DNA of 61,020 nt, from the NCBI GenBank assembly GCA_944390265.1, contig CALXPK010000043.1, forward strand, positions 1 to 61,020. Direction: 5' to 3'. Source of the DNA: an uncultured Alphaproteobacteria bacterium (GTDB lineage Bacteria > Pseudomonadota > Alphaproteobacteria > RF32 > CAG-239). Both the position numbers and the translations under genes were made by a program. The first letter of the stretch is position 1. Every line of letters begins with the position of its first letter. This document shows positions 8,839 to 16,634 of the stretch, in pieces. A model generated the notes under the pieces. The model was not told the origin of the DNA. It did no database searches and was given only the letters and a program-made list of their open reading frames with translations.

Positions 8839-11271
8839 TTACGCAATATTTAAATATTTTGTAACAAAGTTGTCTTCGCCATATTCTTTTATCAAATCTT
8901 CCACCAAAAGAACATTCTTGCGTCCCGAATTGTATAGTTTCAGATAGACGCCCAAACCGCTCAAATCCACATCCAAAATGACGGACTCTCCCGTGGCCGG
9001 ACGCGACAACAAGATGGCATACGGAAAATCGCGATAACTTTTGCCGAAAATGAAGTCCAACTCGCTCTGAGTCAGGTTCCAGCTGGCATAGTCTTCCAAT
9101 TGGGCTTGCGGATTGCGGAAAAAGATGACGGTTTGGCACTGGCCGCGAATAACCTCCCCCACACCTAATTTATCGATAATGCTCGGCTGTTGGAAGGCAC
9201 AGAGATAGGCTTGACGCTTTTTACGGCCTTCTTGCAAGCCGATGATGAAATAGTCTCTGAACATGGGGTGTTTGAGCATCGGCGCGGTCTCATCAATCAT
9301 AATCAAGGCCGGAATGCCGGCATCTCCGGTTTCTGACATGATACGGTGCATGATATAGCTGATGACCGCCGGCGCCAAGGTTTCATCTTCAAAAATATGG
9401 GTGAAGTCAAACGCCATAAATCTTTTGCTGTTTAAGTCCAAACTATCAGTATCGGCATTGAAAATGTTGCCGTATTGCTCCGGATTGACCCATTTGAAAA
9501 GCTCTCGACGCATATTGCCGGTCGGCGAAAAACAGCTCTTGTATAAGTTTTTCATGATGCGTTCTTCCGGACGCAAATAGTCAAACGCGGTGGTGACGGC
9601 TCGCGCAATTTCTTTTTCCGAGAGGGCATCATCAACCATGGTAATGGCTTTGAGCCAGCGGCGCAAAAAGGCGCGGTTGGTCGCGTTGTCCTCACAATCA
9701 AACGGGTTTAAGGAAACGTTTTTCTCTTCTCCGTCAAAGCCGATATAGGCGCCGCCAATCGATCGTGTGAAAATTTCGGCACCGCGGTGACGATCAAAGA
9801 AAAACACCTTCAAATCGCGGTGACGCATGGCTTGTCCGGCCAAAAAGGTCAGCAAGGTGGTTTTACCTTGTCCGGTCGGACCAATAATACAGCAGTGCGC
9901 CACGGCTGATTCTTCCGAAGAAACGTGGAATTGAAAACGATACGGAGATCCCGAGGTGGTGCGGAAAATGGTGATGGCGCCGTTGCCCCAGTCTGATTTG
10001 CTAAAGCCTTCCGACGGTTTTTCAAAACTGATGGCGGTGGCCACCACGCGCGATAAATAGCGATATGTCCGCGGATAGGTGTCATATGTGGGAAACTGGT
10101 TAAAAAACGTGGCTTCGCAAACCCAGCCTTCGCGTACCGGCGTGACACTGAACAAACGGCATATTCTTTGGACTTCGCTTTCACCAAACTCAACTTCTTC
10201 CAGACTTTGGCCACGGATGATGACGGACATGGAATATTCGGTCAGAGATTGATAATTGGCATCGCTATCCTCAATTGAAGATAAGGCTATGCTGTATTGA
10301 TTGACCACTTCGGATGAAAAACTGGTGATGCCGGCCATTTTTTGTTGTTGCAGCAGCAAGGCTCGCGCATTGGCACGGAAAATCGGCTTGATATTGTGCA
10401 ATAACACCAGTTCGCAATCTATCGAGAGCAAAGAGTTTATCATGGCTTCATCCATATAATCTCCGGATGTGCGAATGCCCATGGTGATTTCAAAGCACTC
10501 TTTTTCTCCCGAAAAGAATCTGATGACGCCGTTTTCTCCGGTAAAATGAATGTGGTCGGCCGTCAACATTTGGTTGAGCATCGAGCCTTCGGCGTTTCCG
10601 ATTTTTGGTTCCGGCTTGGATATGGGGCTGCAAATGCGCGAAAAAACATATAGCGGACTATCGGTTGCCGGACTGTCCGGTGTTTCATACATGGTTTTGA
10701 CGCCATATTCACTCAATGTGGCCAACAAGGCTTGCGAGGCATAGTTCAAGTCTTTCAGTGCATCGGTTCGATCCGGTACGGATAATATAATATAGTGCGT
10801 GTTGGAAAAAACTCGATTGATGTTTTGCGCCCAGACTTGCGAAATTTGTTCCAGAAGTTGGTTGCCGAAATCGCCGACGTCTTCTTCCAAGGGAATCCGC
10901 TCACGCAGGGTGATGACCCGACAGGTTACCTGCAGATCCGACATGCCGTCAATCCATGATTTGCGCGCCTCCAGCATTGACATCACTTTTTCTTCGTTGG
11001 CAAAGGTCAAATCTATGCCTTCTACCTTGAAAACTCTTACCAGCGAATTATTATAGCATCTGACGGTGATGCCGTCCGACAAAAGTTTGCTGAACGGCAA
11101 AAAGTCCGACACTCTTGATTCTTGCGGTTGGGGCAAAATTATGCGTCCGAATTTCGTGGCCCAAAATCCGGCAAAGGAGGCTGCCGAGATAAAGCCTATA
11201 ATGGCAACCAAAACCTCGGTATTTGACAGTCCTTGAACAAATATATCAAAAAAATCGCTACTAGGGTGCAA
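8839..11271 (-). CDS. virB4: Type IV secretion ATPase VirB4/TrbE family (810 aa)
   Basis: Walker A IIGPTGQGKTTLLTF, a Walker B-like ALIMIDETAPML, typical VirB4 length, an N-terminal hydrophobic helix, and an 11-nt overlap with the VirB3-like gene. Confidence 0.92.
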   Translation of the reverse strand: MHPSSDFFDIFVQGLSNTEVLVAIIGFISAASFAGFWATKFGRIILPQPQESRVSDFLPFSKLLSDGITVRCYNNSLVRVFKVEGIDLTFANEEKVMSMLEARKSWIDGMSDLQVTCRVITLRERIPLEEDVGDFGNQLLEQISQVWAQNINRVFSNTHYIILSVPDRTDALKDLNYASQALLATLSEYGVKTMYETPDSPATDSPLYVFSRICSPISKPEPKIGNAEGSMLNQMLTADHIHFTGENGVIRFFSGEKECFEITMGIRTSGDYMDEAMINSLLSIDCELVLLHNIKPIFRANARALLLQQQKMAGITSFSSEVVNQYSIALSSIEDSDANYQSLTEYSMSVIIRGQSLEEVEFGESEVQRICRLFSVTPVREGWVCEATFFNQFPTYDTYPRTYRYLSRVVATAISFEKPSEGFSKSDWGNGAITIFRTTSGSPYRFQFHVSSEESAVAHCCIIGPTGQGKTTLLTFLAGQAMRHRDLKVFFFDRHRGAEIFTRSIGGAYIGFDGEEKNVSLNPFDCEDNATNRAFLRRWLKAITMVDDALSEKEIARAVTTAFDYLRPEERIMKNLYKSCFSPTGNMRRELFKWVNPEQYGNIFNADTDSLDLNSKRFMAFDFTHIFEDETLAPAVISYIMHRIMSETGDAGIPALIMIDETAPMLKHPMFRDYFIIGLQEGRKKRQAYLCAFQQPSIIDKLGVGEVIRGQCQTVIFFRNPQAQLEDYASWNLTQSELDFIFGKSYRDFPYAILLSRPATGESVILDVDLSGLGVYLKLYNSGRKNVLLVEDLIKEYGEDNFVTKYLNIA

Positions 11272-11551
11272 ATTTCATCCCCTTTGATTTATATAGGTTG
11301 GTCGTTGGCTTGTAGGTTTGGCCGTAAGCCTGAAGCATGGTCGACAGATGCGGTTCTTTCAGCCCCAGCGAAACGATTATGAGATGCACAATCAATATGC
11401 TGAACAAAAAGAACAACGGGTTCAAATCCATCATCCCGATGGCCATAAACATTATGGGAAATTGCAAGCCGATGTTAAGCAACACCGGCAAAAACGGCCC
11501 CCATAATATTTTGGGAGGATTTGCAACTGCTTTAAGAATCATTTCTCTCAT
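11261..11551 (-). CDS. VirB3-like small membrane protein (96 aa)
   Basis: Two hydrophobic helices (ILWGPFLPVLLNIGLQFPIMFMAIG; LFFLFSILIVHLIIVSLG) followed by KEPHL. It lies directly upstream of virB4 and overlaps it. Confidence 0.75.
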   Translation of the reverse strand: MREMILKAVANPPKILWGPFLPVLLNIGLQFPIMFMAIGMMDLNPLFFLFSILIVHLIIVSLGLKEPHLSTMLQAYGQTYKPTTNLYKSKGMKFAP

Positions 11552-11649
11552 GGGTCTAAATCCTCATTTTTATCTGTCTTTTTTATCATATCTTTTCAAC
11601 TCTGCCTTGGCAACAGAAACATATGTTTTTATCACAATCAAAGCGAATC

Positions 11650-11686
11650 AAAAAAGGTACACTTTGCTTTTTAGTGTACCTTTCTT
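11650..11686 (-). terminator. Rho-independent terminator/attenuator between the pilin genes and virB3-virB4
   Basis: Stem GGTACACT (11656-11663) pairs with AGTGTACC (11673-11680) around a 9-nt loop. A/T runs flank both sides, so a T-run follows the stem on the minus strand. Confidence 0.6.
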
Positions 11687-11744
11687 TTATGAATAATGCG
11701 TTAATGAATTATAAGGATGAAAAAATTTGCATTCAGAGCTTGTT

Positions 11745-12917
11745 TCAGAGGTTGATGCCGTTCCAGTTCGGAATATCTCTTTCACAACTCATGGTAGATG
11801 AGTTCCATCTTCCGCCGATGAGTTGACAGCTTCTTTTTTCCTGACTGTAATCCGTTCCGCTCACCGATACTTCATCCAAGGTTCCGCCATCAATTGCCGA
11901 ATTGTTTTCGATGGCTTCTTCCACCTGATTGAGCGTGATGTCATTGGGGTTAACGGTTGTATCTGCCAAACCTAAGTTGTCCAGATTGTTGGTTTTTTCT
12001 TGATTATTACTTATGGCCTGATTAATTTTATCCACCGTTATGTTTGTCGGAGCGTTTGACGTATCAGACAATCCTAAATTATCCAAATTATTGGAAGTAT
12101 TTTTGTTTAACGTATTGGCAATATCCGCTTCGGTTATGCTGACCGGCGCATTTGAAGTATCAGCCAGCCCCAGATTGTCCAAACTATTGGTTTTGCTTTG
12201 GTTGGCGGCCAAAGCCTGATTAATTTTATCTACCGTTATGCCCGTCGGGTCATTGGTCGTATCGGCCAAGCCCAGATTATCCAAACTGTTTGCGGTGCTG
12301 CTTGATGTTGCGGTATTGGTTGTCGTTGTTTGATTTTCCATGGCGTTGATTAAATCATCTGCAGATAACTTCGGCGTATTTTTCAAATTTTCCATAACAT
12401 TTTCTATGTTTGTCGTTCCCGAGGTGCAACCCGTGCCGGTTCCGGGGACGCAATTTGTTTTTATATCGCTGCTATTGCTATTTTCAGAGGTGGCCGTGCC
12501 GTTGCTTCCAGGGTCTTTTTGCGAGGTCGGTGATGTGGTTGAGCCTTCCGTGGCCGTATAACTTCCCGAGGCATCCAGATAATGGCCATAGCCCAACATA
12601 TTGGCATATTGACCGGCTTTTCCCTCTTTGGTGGCTAAATAGTCTATCAACAAGCCGACATTGGCCACCAAAAACAATCCGATGGCAATGTTGGCAAACC
12701 ATTTCCAATTTATTTTTCCGAAAATGGCCGCAAAGGCAAAACCAATTAAACCAAAACCGGCAAGAATGAAAATCAGGGGACGCAAATCGTAAATTAACTT
12801 GGCAGCCTTATCTCTGACCGTACCCAGAACGTCTGCAGCATTGGCATCGCCGCTCCACAACACAATTGCCAAACAACAAAACATTGTCAGTAATATTGCA
12901 CGTTCCGGATGTTTCAT
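11745..12917 (-). CDS. VirB2/TrbC-like pilin domain (first ~100 aa) fused to a ~290-aa Ser/Thr/Asn-rich C-terminal extension with four ~34-aa repeats
   Basis: The N-terminus has a signal peptide plus two TM helices, and shares the FGKINWKW motif with the two short paralogs (GNINWKW, GKLDWKK). The short paralogs end 15-20 aa after TM2, whereas this one continues for ~290 aa. The extension has 4x (N/S)LDNLGL(A/S)DT.N.P..IT...I and two Cys pairs (NCVPGTGTGC; SCQLIGGRWNSSTMSC). Confidence 0.7.
   Translation of the reverse strand: MKHPERAILLTMFCCLAIVLWSGDANAADVLGTVRDKAAKLIYDLRPLIFILAGFGLIGFAFAAIFGKINWKWFANIAIGLFLVANVGLLIDYLATKEGKAGQYANMLGYGHYLDASGSYTATEGSTTSPTSQKDPGSNGTATSENSNSSDIKTNCVPGTGTGCTSGTTNIENVMENLKNTPKLSADDLINAMENQTTTTNTATSSSTANSLDNLGLADTTNDPTGITVDKINQALAANQSKTNSLDNLGLADTSNAPVSITEADIANTLNKNTSNNLDNLGLSDTSNAPTNITVDKINQAISNNQEKTNNLDNLGLADTTVNPNDITLNQVEEAIENNSAIDGGTLDEVSVSGTDYSQEKRSCQLIGGRWNSSTMSCERDIPNWNGINL
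11892..12293 (-). repeat. In-frame tandem coding repeat (4 copies of ~100 nt) inside the extended pilin gene
   Basis: The nucleotide motif GACAATCTGGGGCTGGC / TTGGATAATTTAGGATTG recurs on the coding strand. The peptide copies are SLDNLGLADTTNDPTGITVDKINQAL, SLDNLGLADTSNAPVSITEADIANTL, NLDNLGLSDTSNAPTNITVDKINQAI and NLDNLGLADTTVNPNDITLNQVEEAI. Confidence 0.85.
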
Positions 12918-12940
12918 CGCTTTTCCCCTTGAGGTTGACC

Positions 12941-13306
12941 CTATTTCAACGTATCTTCAATTTTCGGCGCATCGCCGCCGGCAATATAGGTTAAAATTCC
13001 GCCGGTCATACCAATGACCATCAGGCCGATGACAATGGCGCCCAACCATTTCCAGTTGATGTTACCGAAAAAGCCGCCGATGGCTACGCCGATGATGCCA
13101 AAACCGGCCACGACATAGATTATGTCGCGCATGCCTTTAAAAATTTCTATGCCTTTAGATATCAGATCGGCAAACAGACCGCCGCCCGAATAGGTTGACG
13201 TTACGGCAGCATCTGCGGCAAAAGCCGATGCCACGCATAAGACTGAAGAAAACAATAGTCCCCATAACAGTGTTATACTTATTTTCTTTATTCTCACGCT
13301 TAGCAT
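12941..13306 (-). CDS. VirB2/TrbC-like T4SS pilin paralog (121 aa)
   Basis: Signal peptide ...CVASAFAADA, followed by two hydrophobic helices separated by FGNINWKW. The size is typical of a pilin. Confidence 0.7.
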   Translation of the reverse strand: MLSVRIKKISITLLWGLLFSSVLCVASAFAADAAVTSTYSGGGLFADLISKGIEIFKGMRDIIYVVAGFGIIGVAIGGFFGNINWKWLGAIVIGLMVIGMTGGILTYIAGGDAPKIEDTLK

Positions 13307-13412
13307 TGCTTTTTGTCCTTATATCTTAATTTAAATAAACAAAAAAGGAGGCCTCAATTCAAATTCATTCCAAAAATTTTCATTGTGCCTCCCCTTGCTC
13401 ATTTTTTTCAGA

Positions 13413-13760
13413 CTATTGAGCTGAACTACTGAAAGTATCACCCAATTTTGTACCTTCGTTATCACCGGTAGCGTAGTCAACAATAGAACCGGCTGCCGCC
13501 AAAATGGCCAAGCCTACAGCCAACATTGAAAACTTTTTCCAATCCAACTTGCCGAAAATGGCCATGAAGGCCAAAACCACCAAACCGAAACCACCAACAA
13601 TGAAGATGATGCTTTTTACAGCCTTAAACACGGCAACGGCTTTGGTTTGAGCCGTATCAACCAAGTCCACGGCTTGTGCAAAGGCGGCATCGGTTGTGCC
13701 GAGCATGACAAACAAAGCCAAGCACAAAATGGTGCAAAGATTTTTCTTAATAAAACGCAT
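13413..13760 (-). CDS. VirB2/TrbC-like T4SS pilin paralog (115 aa), first gene of the operon
   Basis: Signal peptide MRFIKKNLCTILCLALFVMLGTTDAAFAQA, followed by two hydrophobic helices separated by FGKLDWKK. Confidence 0.7.
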   Translation of the reverse strand: MRFIKKNLCTILCLALFVMLGTTDAAFAQAVDLVDTAQTKAVAVFKAVKSIIFIVGGFGLVVLAFMAIFGKLDWKKFSMLAVGLAILAAAGSIVDYATGDNEGTKLGDTFSSSAQ

Positions 13761-14060
13761 AATTTTTCTCCTTATTCATCTAATTATCCATATCTATATA
13801 TAGAATAACCAAATTTTTCTTTTTTTTCCAGCATTTTTGTTATTACACCAAAAGAGTTAACATATTGTTTACGGGCAAATTTTTTTCTCGTAACAAAAAA
13901 TTCACAGTTTAGTTTTTTGTTTTTGTTGTTTTTTTCTCCCTTAAAAGACTTTTTCAAAATTGTGCTTCCGATAAAAGAATCCACAATTTTTGAGGTATTT
14001 TTTTTAACTTCTTGCCAAGAGTCGCATTTTGATTTATCTAGTTTTTTGAGGGGTTTTATT
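13761..14060. promoter_or_regulatory. AT-rich 300-bp divergent intergenic region between the T4SS pilin operon and the type IVb pilus operon
   Basis: No credible ORF. There are long T/A runs and an inverted repeat, CAAAATTGTG (13955-13964) and CACAATTTTTG (13982-13992). Promoters for both operons must lie here, but the exact sites were not determined. Confidence 0.4.
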
Positions 14061-15890
14061 ATGAAAAAAACAACGTTTGAATCTTTTTTATACAGCTTTG
14101 TTTTTTCTTTGTTTGCTATTTTTGTGGCTGACAAGATGTTTTTTTATACCCCTGACAAAGCTGCCTCCGATTTGAAAATCCCCGAAAAAAATATTGTTTT
14201 ATTCTTAAAAGACAGTGCATTACAGCCACAACGTTTGGCTTCGACCCCGACCAAAAAAATTGTTCTGTCTACGGTTGCAGATATTCCGGCGCCGCGTCCG
14301 AATGCCTCGATTGAAACCCCTGAAATGCCAAATGCATCACCAACAAACCTTGCTTTGCTTGATGAAGCGCCGTCGGCGTCGCAAACTCTGCCTGAAGAAC
14401 CTGCCCTTACAGATGACAGCGACAATGCGCTTATTCCGCTGGAAAGAAAAGAGCTTTCCAAAGTTCCGCCGCTGGAGATTTCACCGACAGAAGAAACTCC
14501 GGCGCCGCTTGTTTTGGCCGAAACGAGCCCTCTGCCCGAAGTCCGCACCGATGACAAACAACATGATGAAAAACAAAATGACGGCAATGACCTGCTCTTA
14601 AACAAAAAAGTGGTTCAACTTTCTCCCAAAACCTCAACTCCGATTGCGGTTGAAAATAGCCTTGTACCAACGGCTTCCAACCCCTCCGAACCCGACAAAA
14701 AAGAACAATCGGTGAAAATGGCGGCAAGGGCTGAAACCAAGCCGGCCCAAAAAGATGCTCCAAAGAAAATTTCTTTGTCCGAAAGTGCGGCAAAGATTGT
14801 GACGGCTCAAGCCAACGAACCGATGATGCTCATTCCCTTGGAGAGCAACAATCGACAACAATTGGCCGCCGCCGAGATTAAATCTGCGGCACAAGCCCGA
14901 CGCAATCAGGTGGCGCTTAATGCCAAAGACACGCCGATTGCCAGTATGAAGTCGGACAAGGTTTCCGATGAACAAAAAAACTCGGCGGTCAATCAAGAAA
15001 AAGTTTGGGAGAGCATGAAAGAGAAACAACAATCTTCCAATGATGACCCCTGGGTGGTGGCTAAGGGAAACAAATACCCCAATAACCAAATGCTTTTGGA
15101 TGATAAAAAATATAAAATCAGCGATGAAGAAGTGCAGAAAATGTTTAACACCCAAACATCTTCCGCCGATGCGTCGGATGAAAATATTCAGCTCGCCTCA
15201 AAGACCGTGGATAACCTGCTTATCCCCATTCCCGAAGATATTTTGAATGATGAAAATCTTACCCCTCAATTGATTTCATCACCCAAAAATCAGGAAATTA
15301 AAGAAGAGCTGGAAGCCAGAGGCTTAATCCGAAAAGAAGAAGAAAAAGAAGAGAAAGAAAAAACCGCCGATGAAAAGGGAAAAACTTCCGAGACGGCTTC
15401 CGACAAGGAATCCGGCATTTTGGACAGTTTGACTTCGTTGTTCTCCGACAACAAAGACAACACTCCCGAGGTGGGGGTCAACGAAGACCAAGATGAGGAA
15501 GAAAACTCTCTCTTTTCGGCTTTCAGCAGAAAACGCAGCCGTCTGATTTCTAAAATTTTGCCAACCGAAATCCGTTTGTCTTTTCAGCCCAATCGGGCCG
15601 AAATTTCCGGCCAAACGCTGAAATGGATTAAGGCCTTTGCCCAAAAAACCGCCGAAGAACCGAGCGTGGGCTTGGAGATCCGAATTGACGGCACAAGTTC
15701 TCCCCTCTTGCAACGCAGAAGGCTGAATTTGTTGCAAAATATTTTATTAAACGAAGGAGCCGCTCCCGAAAAAATTTCAACCGTCTTTACGGCCAGAGAG
15801 CCTAACTCGTTTATTTTGAGAACCGTTAGAATTAACAAGGAGATGATAAATATGCCGGCACAAAACAACAACCGATATATGCAATGGTAA
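14061..15890 (+). CDS. Membrane-anchored protein with a long Pro/Glu/Lys/Ser-rich low-complexity region and a possible OmpA/MotB-like C-terminal domain; first gene of the pilus operon
   Basis: Track ORF is 13917..15890. Preferred start is ATG 14061 (MKKTTFESFLYSFVFSLFAIFVADKMFF, one TM). The C-terminal ~110 aa (IRLSFQPNRAEISGQTLKWIKAF...GLEIRIDGTSSPLLQRRRLNLLQNILLNEGAAPEKIS) has the layout of OmpA-like domains, but key residues were not verified. Confidence 0.55.
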   Translation: MKKTTFESFLYSFVFSLFAIFVADKMFFYTPDKAASDLKIPEKNIVLFLKDSALQPQRLASTPTKKIVLSTVADIPAPRPNASIETPEMPNASPTNLALLDEAPSASQTLPEEPALTDDSDNALIPLERKELSKVPPLEISPTEETPAPLVLAETSPLPEVRTDDKQHDEKQNDGNDLLLNKKVVQLSPKTSTPIAVENSLVPTASNPSEPDKKEQSVKMAARAETKPAQKDAPKKISLSESAAKIVTAQANEPMMLIPLESNNRQQLAAAEIKSAAQARRNQVALNAKDTPIASMKSDKVSDEQKNSAVNQEKVWESMKEKQQSSNDDPWVVAKGNKYPNNQMLLDDKKYKISDEEVQKMFNTQTSSADASDENIQLASKTVDNLLIPIPEDILNDENLTPQLISSPKNQEIKEELEARGLIRKEEEKEEKEKTADEKGKTSETASDKESGILDSLTSLFSDNKDNTPEVGVNEDQDEEENSLFSAFSRKRSRLISKILPTEIRLSFQPNRAEISGQTLKWIKAFAQKTAEEPSVGLEIRIDGTSSPLLQRRRLNLLQNILLNEGAAPEKISTVFTAREPNSFILRTVRINKEMINMPAQNNNRYMQW

Positions 15891-15977
15891 TAAGTTGTTG
15901 CTTGCGCTTGATTATTTATTTTTCAGTATGTATGATAGGTAAAAAATATGACAAAATATTGCTTAGGAACCGCAAAA

Positions 15978-16634
15978 ATGATTAAAAAACAAAGTTTATT
16001 CTCGTTTTTATTCTGTTGCCTGATTTTGTCGGGATGTTCGGCTTTCAACCCTGCCGCTCAGCCAACTTCGGCTGCCAACGCCCCGCAACAGACAGGTGTT
16101 AATTCTCATCAAAACAGCATTCAGAATACGCCTCCCGTCAGCAATGATTTTGTTCAAAATACCGAAGTGGCCGCCGATTATAAAGAATATGGCGAAAGAA
16201 CACCCCGCGACCAGTTGGTGGTGCAAGGCGGTGCCGGAAGCAATTTATCTTCATCCATTCCGCCAACCATTGAGGATGAGGTTGTCGATTATGAAGAAAG
16301 CGTCCAAATCAGTGAGACCGAAGAAGTTTCCGAAAACCAAAATGCGGATAACCTAAGCGAAGATCCGGTTGAAGACTGGTTGGCCGAAGAAGGCAAAAGT
16401 TTGAAAACTTTGCTGACCGAATGGAGCGACCGCGCCGGTTGGAGACTGATTTGGAACACAAATCGAAACTATACCTTAACCGCAGGTGCCATGTTCAGAG
16501 GCCGTTTTGCCGATGTCAGCTCGGCTTTAATCCGCGCTTTTGCTCGCGCAAAACCGGCTCCGATTGCAACTTTCTATAAAGGAAACCGCGTCTTGGTCGT
16601 TGAGACTATGGAGGATGAAAATGCGTATGAATAA
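15978..16634 (+). CDS. pilL: PilL-like lipoprotein with TcpQ-type C-terminal domain (R64 nomenclature)
   Basis: Lipobox MIKKQSLFSFLFCCLILSGC. The C-terminus WLAEEGKSLKTLLTEWSDRAGWRLIWNTNRNYTLTAGAMFRGRFADVSSALIRAF...ATFYKGNRVLVV matches my memory of the toxin-coregulated-pilus Q / PilL domain. It lies directly upstream of the secretin. Confidence 0.6.
   Translation: MIKKQSLFSFLFCCLILSGCSAFNPAAQPTSAANAPQQTGVNSHQNSIQNTPPVSNDFVQNTEVAADYKEYGERTPRDQLVVQGGAGSNLSSSIPPTIEDEVVDYEESVQISETEEVSENQNADNLSEDPVEDWLAEEGKSLKTLLTEWSDRAGWRLIWNTNRNYTLTAGAMFRGRFADVSSALIRAFARAKPAPIATFYKGNRVLVVETMEDENAYE

Noticed and set aside
11892-12293. Possible CRISPR-like or intergenic repeat arrays (also 19733-19993, 44940-45015, 45340-45445)
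   Set aside because: All are in-frame coding tandem repeats inside long ORFs. There are no spacer-like unique units of regular length, so I make no CRISPR call anywhere in the window.
13307-13412. Possible terminator hairpin between the first and second pilin genes (GGAGGC...GCCTCC)
   Set aside because: The loop would be about 35 nt and the stem is imperfect, so it is not convincing as an intrinsic terminator.
13917-14060. N-terminal extensions of track ORFs (13917, 15948, 16540, 19484, 23821, 28688, 29409, 37139, 47518, 55335, 55572 starts)
   Set aside because: The extended starts overlap upstream genes or lack an RBS. Internal ATG or GTG codons with good Shine-Dalgarno spacing give sensible signal peptides or conserved N-termini.
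13784-14134. 116-aa Lys-rich minus-strand ORF in the divergent intergenic region
   Set aside because: It is a product of AT-rich sequence. It overlaps the start of the plus-strand operon, has no RBS and has implausible composition.
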